A stretch of 60,657 nucleotides of DNA, the filler included, from Nemertoderma westbladi (Eukaryota > Animalia > Xenacoelomorpha), in NCBI GenBank assembly GCA_032718475.1. It is 3 parts of 3 records of this genome, joined end to end, with 100 filler letters (N's around TTAATTAATTAA, not from the genome) between each part and the next. Parts side by side here need not be neighbours in the genome. Positions count along the whole stretch, not along the records: positions 1 to 20,118 come from JAUCBJ010004864.1; positions 20,219 to 47,990 come from JAUCBJ010004715.1; 1 more part is not named here. The stretch is one strand, 5' to 3'. The notes below the pieces were generated by a model. The model was given only the letters and a program-made list of their open reading frames with translations. It did no database searches and was not told the origin of the DNA. How positions within the stretch are numbered: position 1 is the stretch's first letter; the number at the start of each line of letters is the position of its first letter. Positions 13,008-24,926 of this stretch are shown piece by piece. The position numbers were made by a program, and so were the translations under genes.

Positions 13008-13098
13008 CCCACCCTCGCGCTCGCGTAGCGGTTAAATCCATTGCCTTGAATTCACTTTCTCCGGAGGTCGTGGGTTCTACCCCTGCAGGCGGGGCCAG
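13008..13098 (+). mobile_element. tRNA-derived SINE head / tRNA pseudogene
   Basis: A-box-like gtagcggtt and B-box-like gtgggttctaccc; related to 57205-57280; no clean acceptor stem. Confidence 0.55.
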
Positions 13099-13329
13099 GA
13101 TATTTTTCGCACAAATGCGTTTAAAGGGATTAGCCAGGGATGGTCTCTACTTGGTAGTTAAACGTTACCAGTTTTTTTTTGTTTTTTTTTGTTTTTTTTT
13201 TGTTTTTTTTTTGTTACCAGTTACCAGTTTTCTCAGTGGAGTATAATTCTAGGGGAATATACTTGAAATGAGTCGTGAGACGTTGTGCCTCCAACATCTG
13301 TGTACTCACTTTTATATTTTTTTTAGTTA

Positions 13330-13495
13330 GGCCGCGTTCACACTACCGAGTCAAAGTCAAAAGTGAAAATGTAAAACACATCACAAGAAATTTAAATTTT
13401 TCTAGAATGCCCTTATGAATTATGTTAGGCCTCTAATGTATTATTACTTTTTATTGCTAGCTTTTTGACTTTGACTCGGTAGTGTGAACGCGGCC
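13330..13495. mobile_element. PIF/Harbinger-like MITE
   Basis: TIRs of about 33 bp, ggccgcgttcacactaccgagtcaaagtcaaaa; TWA-type flanks (tta / taa). Confidence 0.8.
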
Positions 13496-13791
13496 TAATA
13501 AAGGCCTTTCCATATTTTTTCTTCCTTCCCACACTCATTGTCTCTAAGATAAGGTTATGACTATTAAATCTGTGTAACTACAGTATATTTATTATGTTTT
13601 AATATTTATAGCTACGATTTTACAATAATGAATTTAATGGAATTAATAAGTTGGCAAACAACGAAAATATCTTAAGTTTCTTAATCCGTTTCTATCTGAT
13701 TTAATGAGGTCGGATAGCTTTTAGTGATGTCAGTTTATGAGTTATCTTCCTTGTGAAAGAAATCGTAGCAAATTTGGTATATTATTTACTG

Positions 13792-14770
13792 GGTGTCGTC
13801 GCGTTTCGGCAACTGTCGCGTTTCGGCACCAGTGGCGTTTCGGCAAAAAGGTTGCGTTTCGGCAAAAAATGATATGTTTCGGCAAAATAGTCGCGTTTCG
13901 GCAAAAAAGTTGCGTTTCGACAAAATGTTGCGTTTTGGCAACAGTCGCGATTCGGCAAAGAAGTTGCGTTTCGGCAAAATTATTTCTTTGTTGTAGGAGA
14001 ATACCTAATACAGTACTATCAACAACACAATTAAAAGTGAAACAAGCCGGACATTATCTGCTTGTTAGCAGATTTATTATTAGCTGATGATTATTAGCTG
14101 TGCCCAACAAAACGTTATTATAATTATGAACAATGGCGAATCTAATTTTATTTATTTGTAGTTATGCACTCAAACTTTCTAGAACAACCTAATAATGACG
14201 CGGTGACATACTGGATATAGGGGGGCCTTCTGGAAATACATAAATGTATGGCGTAGGGACATACTGAAAAATAATGTCGCACTGCGATATAAAGCTGGTA
14301 AATATGTCACCCTGGAGATATGGTGGTGCGAAATTAATTCCATAGAAATAATTAAAATAATATTAGTACTGAACCTACTTTGCATAATTGACATAAAAAA
14401 GACCACTAGGCCTCAATTTTATTGCCAAAACGCAGCTTTTTTGCCGAATCGCGACTGTTGCCGAAGCGCGACTGTTAACTTTCTTTGCCAAAACGCAACT
14501 TTATTTGGCGAATCGCGATTTTTTTGCCGAAACATATCTTTTTTGCCGAAACGCAGCTTTTTTGCCGAAACGCAACTTTTTTGCCGAATCGCGACTGTTA
14601 CAGAAACATAACTTTTTTTTTGCCAAAACGCAACTTTATTTCGTGAATCGCGACGTTTTGCCGAATCGCGATTTTTTTTGCCGAAACACATCTTTTTTGC
14701 CGAAACGCAGCTTTTTTGCCAAATCGCGACTGTTGCCGAAACGCCACAGTTGCCGAAACGCGATGTAACC
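13792..14770. mobile_element. Foldback-type element: inverted arms built of ~19-20 bp gcgtttcggcaaaa modules
   Basis: Arrays at 13792-13980 (+) and 14420-14770 (-) are reverse complements; GG termini; near-identical flanks atttactg / atttgctg. Confidence 0.75.
14189..14263 (-). CDS. Candidate 75-nt internal exon (CPYAIHLCISRRPPYIQYVTASLL) of the Sushi gene
   Basis: atttttcag| acceptor and TAG|gttgtt donor, phase 1-1, fits the next exon; however, it lies between the foldback arms. Confidence 0.4.
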   Translation of the reverse strand, partial: YVPTPYIYVFPEGPPISSMSPRHY

Positions 14771-15209
14771 ATTTGCTGTTCCATAGGATAATACATAAAA
14801 TTATATGAATATACTGCTACATATATTTTCTAGAATCCCGTATCAGAGCAATTTCTAAGAAAAGAGTCAAATTTTAGGAAAAAATGGTATCTTACAACAT
14901 TTATAGAACATTTATTTAAAATTATACGAAAATAAATTTAGTTAGTTTCCGTAGCGGCATGCGAAAATTAACAATAAACAGCATTTACGGGACTTATAAT
15001 TCGTTATGTTAGATTTACTCTAGGTATTCTAGGATATTGGAACATTGAATTTGCTTTCAATTTACTAATAATGGATAAATTTACTAATAAGATTTTTTTT
15101 TTATATAGTATTATTAATATCTGAAAAGCTTAAATTTATACAACGACTGGTAATTAGTTACGAGTATAGTCCACCGCTAACTCTGCGTTGTATTGACGAA
15201 TGTAGTTGT

Positions 15210-18200
15210 ACGCGTACACAATATCTAACCTGGAGAACCAACACCCCCCGACGCGTACACAATATCTAACGAGAACCAACACCCCCCGACGCGTACACAA
15301 TATCTAACGAGAACCAACACCCCCCGACGCGTACACAATATCTAACGAGAACCAACACCCCCCGACGCGTACACAATATCTAACGAGAACCAACACCCCC
15401 GACGCGTACACAATATCTAACCTGGGGAACCAACACACCCCGACGCGTATACAATATCTAACGAGAACCAACACCCCCCGACGCGTACACAATATCTAAC
15501 CTGGAGAACCAACACCCCACGACGCGTACACAATATCTAACGAGAACCAACACCCCCCGACGCGTACACAATATCTAACCTGGAGAACCAACACCCCCCG
15601 ACGCGTACACAATATCTAACGAGAACCAACACCCCACGACGCGTACACAATATCTAACGAGAACCAACACCCCCCGACGCGTACACAATATCTAACCTGG
15701 AGAACCAACACCCCCCGACGCGTACACAATATCTAACCTGGAGAACCAACACCCCCCCCGACGCGTACACAATATCTAACGAGAACCAACACCCCCCGAC
15801 GCGTACACAATATCTAACCTGGGGAACCAACACCCCCCGACGCGTACACAATATCTAACCTGGAGAACCAACACCCCCCGACGCGTACACAATATCTAAC
15901 GAGAACCAACACCCCCCGACGCGTACACAATATCTAACCTGGAGAACCAACACCCCCCGACGCGTACACAATATCTAACCTGGGGAACCAACACACCCCG
16001 ACGCGTACACAATATCTAACCTGGAGAACCAACACCCCCCGACGCGTACACAATATCTAACCTGGAGAACCAACACCCCCCGACGCGTACACAATATCTA
16101 ACCTGGAGAACCAACACCCCCCGACGCGTACACAATATCTAACCTGGAGAACCAACACCCCCCGACGCGTACACAATATCTAACGAGAACCAACACCCCC
16201 CGACGCGTACACAATATCTAACGAGAACCAACACCCCCCGACGAGTACACAATATCTAACGAGAACCAACACCCCCCCGACGCGTACACAATATCTAACC
16301 TGGAGAACCAACACCCCCCGACGCGTACACAATATCTAACGAGAACCAACACCCCCCGACGCGTACACAATATCTAACGAGAACCAACACCCCCCGACGA
16401 GTACACAATATCTAACCTGGAGAACCAACACCCCCCGACGCGTACACAATATCTAACCTGGAGAACCAACACCCCCCGACGCGTACACAATATCTAACGA
16501 GAACCAACACCCCCCGACGCGTACACAATATCTAACCTGGAGAACCAACACCCCCCGACGCGTACACAATATCTAACCTGGAGAACCAACACCCCCCGAC
16601 GCGTACACAATATCTAACCTGGAGAACCAACACCCCCCGACGCGTACACAATATCTAACCTGGAGAACCAACACCCCCCGACGCGTACACAATATCTAAC
16701 GAGAACCAACACCCCCCGACGAGTACACAATATCTAACCTGGAGAACCAACACCCCCCGACGCGTACACAATATCTAACCTGGAGAACCAACACCCCCCG
16801 ACGCGTACACAATATCTAACCTGGAGAACCAACACCCACCGACGCGTACACAATATCTAACGAGAACCAACACCCCCCCGACGCGTACACAATATCTAAC
16901 GAGAACCAACACCCCCCGACGCGTACACAATATCTAACCTGGAGAACCAACACCCCCCGACGAGTACACAATATCTAACCTGGAGAACCAACACCCCCCG
17001 ACGCGTACACAATATCTAACCTGGAGAACCAACACCCCCCGACGCGTACACAATATCTAACCTGGAGAACCAACACCCCCCGACGCGTACACAATATCTA
17101 ACGAGAACCAACACCCCCCGACGCATACACAATATCTAACCTGGAGAACCAACACCCCCCGACGCGTACACAATATCTAACCTGGAGAACCAACACCCCC
17201 CGACGCGTACACAATATCTAACCTGGAGAACCAACACCCCCCCGACGCGTACACAATATCTAACGAGAACCAACACCCCCCGACGCGTACACAATATCTA
17301 ACCTGGAGAACCAACACCCCCCAACGCGTACACAATATCTAACGAGAACCAACACCCCCCCGACGCGTACACAATATCTAACGAGAACCAACACCCCCCG
17401 ACGCGTACACAATATCTAACCTGGAGAACCAACACCCCCCGACGCGTACACAATATCTAACGAGAACCAACACCCCCCCGACGCGTACACAATATCTAAC
17501 CTGGAGAACCAACACCCCCCGACGCGTACACAATATCTAACGAGAACCAACACCCCCCGACGCATACACAATATCTAACCTGGAGAACCAACACCCCCCC
17601 GACGCGTACACAATATCTAACCTGGAGAACCAACACCCCCCGACGCGTACACAATATCTAACGAGAACCAACACCCCCCGACGCGTACACAATATCTAAC
17701 CTGGAGAACCAACACCCCCCGACGCGTACACAATATCTAACCTGGAGAACCAACACCCCCCGACGCGTACACAATATCTAACGAGAACCAACATCCCCCC
17801 GACGCGTACACAATATCTAACCTGGAGAACCAACACCCCCCGACGCGTACACAATATCTAACCTGGAGAACCAACACCCCCCGACGCGTACACAATATCT
17901 AACCTGGAGAACCAACACCCCCCGACGCGTACACAATATCTAACGAGAACCAACACCCCCCGACGCGTACACAATATCTAACCTGGAGAACCAACACCCC
18001 CCGACGCGTACACAATATCTAACCTGGGGAACCAACACCCCCCGACGCGTACACAATATCTAACGAGAACCAACACCCCCCGACGCGTACACAATATCTA
18101 ACCTGGGGAACCAACACCCCCCGACGCGTACACAATATCTAACGAGAACCAACATCCCCCCGACGCGTACACAATATCTAACCTGGAGAACCAACACCCC

Positions 18201-20118
18201 CGACGCGTACACAATATCTAACCTGGAGAACCAACACCCCCCGACGCGTACACAATATCTAACGAGAACCAACATCCCCCCGACGCGTACACAATATCTA
18301 ACCTGGAGAACCAACACCCCCCGACGCGTACACAATATCTAACCTGGAGAACCAACACCCCCCGACGCGTACACAATATCTAACCTGGAGAACCAACACT
18401 CCCCGACGCGTACACAATATCTAACCTGGGGAACCAACACCCCCCGACGCGTACACAATATCTAACGAGAACCAACACCCCCCGACGCGTACACAATATC
18501 TAACGAGAACCAACATCCCCCGACGCGTACACAATATCTAACCTGGAGAACCAACACTCCCCGACGCGTACACAATATCTAACCTGGGGAACCAACACCC
18601 CCCGACGCGTACACAATATCTAACGAGAACCAACACCCCCCGACGCGTACACAATATCTAACGAGAACCAACATCCCCCCGACGCGTACACAATATCTAA
18701 CCTGGAGAACCAACACCCCCCGACGCGTACACAATATCTAACCTGGAGAACCAACACCCCCCGACGCGTACACAATATCTAACCTGGAGAACCAACACTC
18801 CCCGACGCGTACACAATATCTAACGAGAACCAACACCCCCCGACGCGTACACAATATCTAACCTGGAGAACCAACACCCCCCGACGCGTACACAATATCT
18901 AACGAGAACCAACACCCCCCGACGCGTACACAATATCTAACCTGGAGAACCAACACTCCCCGACGCGTACACAATATCTAACCTGGGGAACCAACACCCC
19001 CCGACGCGTACACAATATCTAACGAGAACCAACACCCCCCGACGCGTACACAATATCTAACGAGAACCAACATCCCCCGACGCGTACACAATATCTAACC
19101 TGGAGAACCAACACCCCCCGACGCGTACACAATATCTAACCTGGAGAACCAACACCCCCCGACGCGTACACAATATCTAACCTGGAGAACCAACACCCCC
19201 TGACGCGTACACAATATCTAACCTGGGGAACCAACACCCCCCGACGCGTACACAATATCTAACGAGAACCAACATCCCCCCGACGCGTACACAATATCTA
19301 ACCTGGAGAACCAACACCCCCCTGACGCGTACACAATATCTAACCTGGGGAACCAACACCCCCCCGACGGCGTACACAATATCTAACGAGAACCAACACC
19401 CCCCGACGCGTACACAATATCTAACGAGAACCAACACCCCCCGACGCGTACACAATATCTAACCTGGGGAACCAACACCCCCCGACGCGTACACAATATC
19501 TAACGAGAACCAACATCCCCCCGACGCGTACACAATATCTAACGAGAACCAACACCCCCCGACGCGTACACAATATCTAACCTGGAGAACCAACACCCCC
19601 TGACGCGTACACAATATCTAACCTGGGGAACCAACACCCCCCGACGCGTACACAATATCTAACGAGAACCAACACCCCCCGACGCGTACACAATATCTAA
19701 CCTGGAGAACCAACACCCCCCGACGCGTACACAATATCTAACCTGGAGAACCAACACCCCCCCGACGCGTACACAATATCTAACGAGAACCAACACCCCC
19801 CGACGCGTACACAATATCTAACCTGGAGACCAACACCCCCGACGCGTACACAATATCTAACGAGAACCAACACCCCCCGACGCGTACACAATATCTAACG
19901 AGAACCAACACCCCCCGACGCGTACACAATATCTAACCTGGAGAACCAACACCCCCCGACGCGTACACAATATCTAACGAGAACCAACACCCCCCGACGC
20001 CGTACACAATATCTAACCTGGAGAACCAACACCCCCCGACGCGTACACAATATCTAACCTGAGAACCAACACCCCCCGACGCGTACACAATATCTAACCT
20101 GAGAACCAACACCCCCGA
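15210..20118. repeat. 38/41-bp minisatellite array containing a minus-strand donor-like junction
   Basis: Unit aacctggagaaccaacaccccccgacgcgtacacaatatct; reverse complement reads ttctccag|gttaga; runs into the gap. Confidence 0.97.
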
Positions 20119-20218
20119 NNNNNNNNNNNNNNNNNNNNNNNNNNNNNNNNNNNNNNNNNNNNTTAATTAATTAANNNNNNNNNNNNNNNNNNNNNNNNNN
20201 NNNNNNNNNNNNNNNNNN
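20119..20218. other. Scaffold gap with TTAATTAATTAA linker
   Basis: N runs flanking an artificial six-frame-stop spacer. Confidence 0.98.
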
Positions 20219-21435
20219 GTGTGTAGGGGGGATAGGTGGAAGACGGACACTAAACTAACGCAATCAATCCTCCTTACCTGAGGCACCCAAAACCAGTCCG
20301 TGTGTAGGGGGATAGGTGGAAGACGGACACTAAAGTAACGCAATCAATCCTCCTTACCTGAGGCACCCAAAACCAGTCCGTGTGTAGGGGGGATAGGTGG
20401 AAGACGGACACTAAACTAACGCAATCAATCCTCCTTACCTGAGGCACCCAAAACCAGTCCGTGTGTAGGGGGATAGGTGGAAGACGGACACTAAACTAAC
20501 GCAATCAATCCTCCTTACCTGAGGCACCCAAAACCAGTCCGTGTGTAGGGGGATAGGTGGAAGACGGACACTAAACTAACGCAATCAATCCTCCTTACCT
20601 GAGGCACCCAAAACCAGTCCGTGTGTAGGGGGATAGGTGGAAGACGGACACTAAACTAACGCAATCAATCCTCCTTACCTGAGGCACCCAAAACCAGTCC
20701 GTGTGTAGGGGGATAGGTGGAAGACGGACACTAAACTAACGCAATCAATCCTCCTTACCTGAGGCACCCAAAACCAGTCCGTGTGTAGGGGGATAGGTGG
20801 AAGACGGACACTAAACTAACGCAATCAATCCTCCTTACCTGAGGCACCCAAAACCAGTCCGTGTGTAGGGGGATAGGTGGAAGACGGACACTAAACTAAC
20901 GCAATCAATCCTCCTTACCTGAGGCACCCAAAACCAGTCCGTGTGTAGGGGGATAGGTGGAAGACGGACACTAAACTAACGCAATCAATCCTCCTTACCT
21001 GAGGCACCCAAAACCAGTCCGTGTGTAGGGGGGATAGGTGGAAGACGGACACTAAACTAACGCAATCAATCCTCCTTACCTGAGGCACCCAAAACCAGTC
21101 CGTGTGTAGGGGGATAGGTGGAAGACGGACACTAAACTAACGCAATCAATCCTCCTTACCTGAGGCACCCAAAACCAGTCCGTGTGTAGGGGGGATAGGT
21201 GGAAGACGGACACTAAACTAACGCAATCAATCCTCCTTACCTGAGGCACCCAAAACCAGTCCGTGTGTAGGGGGGATAGGTGGAAGACGGACACTAAACT
21301 AACGCAATCAATCCTCCTTACCTGAGGCACCCAAAACCAGTCCGTGTGTAGGGGGGATAGGTGGAAGACGGACACTAAACTAACGCAATCAATCCTCCTT
21401 ACCTGAGGCACCCAAAACCAGTCCGTGTGTAGGGG
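20219..21435. repeat. 80/81-bp tandem array, about 15 copies, of Sushi exon 3 end plus donor
   Basis: Unit reverse complement ...ggactggttttgggtgcctcag|gtaagg...; the rightmost copy is continuous with exon 21403-21498. Confidence 0.97.
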
Positions 21436-21498
21436 GAGTAGGTGGATCCTCGCAAGCCAGTTCGCATTGAAATTCTGGATGTTGATTCCATTTTCCGC
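21403..21498 (-). CDS. Sushi gene exon 3 (GKWNQHPEFQCELACEDPPTPPTHGLVLGAS)
   Basis: ttaacag| acceptor, cag|gtaagg donor, phase 1-1; completes Sushi 1 (W..C) and starts Sushi 2 (C..PP...HG). Confidence 0.85.
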
Positions 21499-21981
21499 CT
21501 GTTAATAAAACATTTAATTAATCCTCCAGAGGCCACTGATATTATTAATTAATTTTCTCTACAAGTTTAAATTATTTTAGTTTTCTGTGAGACTCAAGAC
21601 CGTCTTCGCTAGGCCATCTTCTGGCACGTTTTATTTTGTTTTAGTTCTAGAATATTTTTTATTGATAATGATAACGTTCTGCTGTTTTTACGCATATTTT
21701 TCGGTACTTTAACTTTTCTATTAGATTCAAGTTATTTTATTTTCACTACTTCTAAGGGACACCAAACCGCAAGGAACTCATATTTCAGTTTATATAATTG
21801 TAATAATACAGTTAGTTAAATTGGGAACAGGATATTTTTACACATAAATAAGAAATATTTCATTGTAAATTTCAGTGCTCCGATATTATTATAATATAAA
21901 CTATAATATACTGAAATAAATTGCAATTAATAAACATAATCCTATTAATAATAATTATAAACTAGTTTATTGTGCGAATTA

Positions 21982-23049
21982 TTATGTATCGGCTTGTTGC
22001 GAGCGAATATAGGAAATAATTTGGTTTCCAGAGTAACAGTAAGTAGCGAAAGTCGCCGCTGATAGACTCCCAGAGGCGACCCACGAGTACCACAAGAGCC
22101 AGTGGTGGGGGGAACCGAACAGTGGTGCCGCCAGTGAGAAGGCTAGAGTCCCCATCACAACACACGTAGTGCATTTACTCAACAGACTCGGCTCCAAAAC
22201 CATTCCTCTAGATCTCATAGAGAACATTTCCCTCAAGGAGACAGAGTTACCTAAACTCTGATACCGAATGTAAACCGCTCCCAAAATAACCGCCAAGTCT
22301 TTGAGTAACAGAACTGCAGCCAGTTCTATAGGAATCTTTTGAGTTATTACTAAAGCCAAGGCCAAAAATCCAACAAAGGTTTTATCCGCGATTGGGTCTA
22401 GTATCGCTCCAAGATTACTCCGTTGCGATGGAAACCTACGGGCTATCGCTCCGTCTAGGAGGTCCGTTGCCGCGGTGATGGAACACAACCACAGAGCCTC
22501 CATGAACCCCTGGTTCACTATAAAGTAAAGGATAAAGGGGGAGGCGGCGATCCGAAGTATACAGAGGATGTTCGGGACGGTTACAACGTTGTCTCCAATC
22601 CGCTCCCCTACCCGAATATCGGGAACGTTGTCCCCAATCCGCTCCCCAACCCGAATATCGGGAACGTTGTCCCCAATCCGCTCCCCAACCCGAATATCGG
22701 GAACGTTGTCCCCAATCCGCTCCCCAACCCGAATATCGGGAACGTTGTCCCCAATCCGCTCCCCAACCCGAATATCGACTGTATCATCTAGGGAGTTGAT
22801 TATTCGCCGTCGATCTTTCGGGATTCTCGCTGGTATCTGATCACTTTTACGCCGTTCGCAACGGTGAAACGAGATCCAAACATAATTTCCTAGACGCGTT
22901 TCTCTTTTGTTAGATATATGGTTTCGGTTTATACGGTGAAAGTTCGAAGTGTGATAGTGAGGAGTTACTAGGTGATACTTGGGGGGAGGGCGTCTGAGAC
23001 CGCCAGTCCCACTTCTACATAGTAACGATTGGTATGGAAGCGGCAACAT
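21982..23049 (-). CDS. CRLS1: Cardiolipin synthase (CDP-alcohol phosphatidyltransferase), intronless
   Basis: TVPNILCILRI, CDP-alcohol motif DLLDGAIARR..SNLGAILDPIADK, PSLLSK; basic N-terminal transit-like peptide; AATAAA just after the stop. Confidence 0.9.
   Translation of the reverse strand: MLPLPYQSLLCRSGTGGLRRPPPKYHLVTPHYHTSNFHRINRNHISNKRETRLGNYVWISFHRCERRKSDQIPARIPKDRRRIINSLDDTVDIRVGERIGDNVPDIRVGERIGDNVPDIRVGERIGDNVPDIRVGERIGDNVPDIRVGERIGDNVVTVPNILCILRIAASPFILYFIVNQGFMEALWLCSITAATDLLDGAIARRFPSQRSNLGAILDPIADKTFVGFLALALVITQKIPIELAAVLLLKDLAVILGAVYIRYQSLGNSVSLREMFSMRSRGMVLEPSLLSKCTTCVVMGTLAFSLAAPLFGSPHHWLLWYSWVASGSLSAATFATYCYSGNQIISYIRSQQADT
22585..22778. repeat. In-frame 39-bp repeat x5 inside CRLS1 (DIRVGERIGDNVP)
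   Basis: Five near-identical units preserve the reading frame. Confidence 0.95.
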
Positions 23050-23920
23050 GATATCTTCAGCTTTTATCCCGGACCAATCAACTTGCCTCCAATTACTACT
23101 TATTGAGTTACCGCGGTTGCTACAGCAACAAGTAGGCTTACCTTACCCGGTTACCGCCGATGGTAAAGATAGAGAACGAGGTAAAAATTACCAAATGCAG
23201 GAAACAATTCAGTTTGCAGTTCTGCACTTCTGCAGTTGTTACTGTTGTGTTGTAAGTGCCCCACTACTGCCCCGCTATGTCATGACTGACTGTATGAGCA
23301 GAACAACAACTGAATCTGGTCCATCATGCCTCTTTCAAATATCCCGCCTGCCTTGATTAACTTTACCATGTTGGATAATTATTATTGATACGTCATGAAG
23401 TCTACATTTTTTTAAAATTATCATGGAGATGGAGAGAGAACAAATATTTAACTTTGGTAACTAATGTAACACGGATTTCTATAATAATGTCCATGTGGTT
23501 GATTAACGGGAAAAATAGAGTGCTACAAATGGGCAAAGTCGGGATATTGTGACAGACTTCTGGACCACGCCCGCAATAACCGACAGGTATTGGACCTCAG
23601 CACTGAACCCATTCCGTCACTCACTGACTGGATACTCAATTCACGGCCACCACCTGTACTGCTCACAAAGCTCTTTCCATGAACCAAGGGAAACTTCCAT
23701 TTGCCGCATTTGCTTTCAACCGTCAACCCCATCCCGTTACCATCTTCTGAAGTGACCATGTGTAACCATCCCAGTGCCCAAGTCCCATGTTCCTGTGCAC
23801 ACATATTAAATCGTCCCTGCTCTTCTGTTTTCCTCCCAGTTTAATTAATTGATTGTATATTGTGTTAATGTGCCTATTTGGTTTAAATATTATTAAATCA
23901 ATAATTCCCTACTGTCTAAC

Positions 23921-24100
23921 CTGTAGTGCACTGGACAATGATTGCATTTTGACTAGCAGTTGAAACATATCCGTCCAGACAAGCATAGACTAACTTCTCC
24001 CCGATGGCATAGATGTTGGAATGCTTTGCGATAACAGATAGTATATGGGCTCTCGGGTGTGGTAGAGCTGGGGGATCTGTGCAATATTCATCACACTTTC
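23921..24100 (-). CDS. Sushi gene exon 2 (KCDEYCTDPPALPH...YAIGEKLVYACLDGY...VQCTT)
   Basis: Sushi/CCP pattern C..PP, Y..G....Y.C..GY, C; aatttag| and CAG|gttaga; 180 nt, phase 1-1. Confidence 0.88.
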
Positions 24101-24140
24101 CTAAATTAATAACAAATTAAAATAATCGTATTAATTATAT

Positions 24141-24625
24141 GGCCCATGTGAAGAATACCAGACTTTCTGCCGTTATATTTCACTTTGCAGTTACCCCCAT
24201 GTGAAGAATACCAGACTTTCTGCCGTTATATTTCACTTTGCAGTTACCCCCATGTGAAGAATACCAGACTTTCTGCCGTTATATTTCACTTTGCAGTTAC
24301 CCCCATGTGAAGAATACCAGACTTTCTGCCGTTATATTTCACTTTGCAGTTACCCCCATGTGAAGAATACCAGACTTTCTGCCGTTATATTTCACTTTGC
24401 AGTTACCCCCATGTGAAGAATACCAGGTTTTCACCAAAACCACAGGTTACAGAAGGGCTGAATCTAACCAAAACAATAAACGAATTGTACAGGTTATAAG
24501 ACAGAAATAAGCGCTATAAAACACTAATATACACACAATTAAAAAAAAAATAAAAAATCTTCATATATAAAATTCCAATAAAAAGTCGACCGAAAAGTGA
24601 AATCCTGGTATTCTTCACATGGGCG
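24141..24625. mobile_element. Non-autonomous TIR element with 8-bp TSD (Merlin-like) and tandemly amplified 56-bp left end
   Basis: ggcccatgtgaagaatacca ... tggtattcttcacatgggcg; aattatat at 24133-24140 and 24626-24633. Confidence 0.85.
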
Positions 24626-24729
24626 AATTATATCCATCGCTATTTTGTTAACAATTTTATGTACCATGCACTCAACTCAAATATTAAATGCATAACAAAA
24701 AATCGTACCCATATCACAGTATGTCTTGT

Positions 24730-24926
24730 AGGAGTGTGTCACTGAACTTACACCGTATCCTGGAATATGGTGTCTTTATTCAAGTACCTGTCCACCCCCC
24801 CCCCCCCCCCCCCCCCCCATTTGTCGACATTGCGCCATTGCAAAGCTGGCCCTGCAAGGATTCCAAGAAATTTATCACAATATGAATTTCGTTGAAAATT
24901 ACCTGAGATATGAGCGTTCAAATGTT
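24730..24926 (+). mobile_element. Fragment related to the 8267-9179 foldback family
   Basis: aaagctgg..tgaatttcgttgaaaa..ctgagatatgagcgttc.aatgttgc matches 8537-8621. Confidence 0.65.

Noticed and set aside
13008-13098. Functional tRNA gene (also 57205-57280)
   Set aside because: Acceptor and anticodon stems do not pair convincingly; treated as SINE heads.
20163-20174. TTAATTAATTAA motif within N runs
   Set aside because: Artificial scaffold linker, repeated identically at the second gap.
15210-21435. CRISPR-like appearance of regular repeats
   Set aside because: No unique spacers, no cas genes, eukaryotic context.
23521-23800. Short ORFs with CRIC..HLL motif
   Set aside because: Possibly a decayed LINE C-terminal zinc motif, but too short and interrupted to call.
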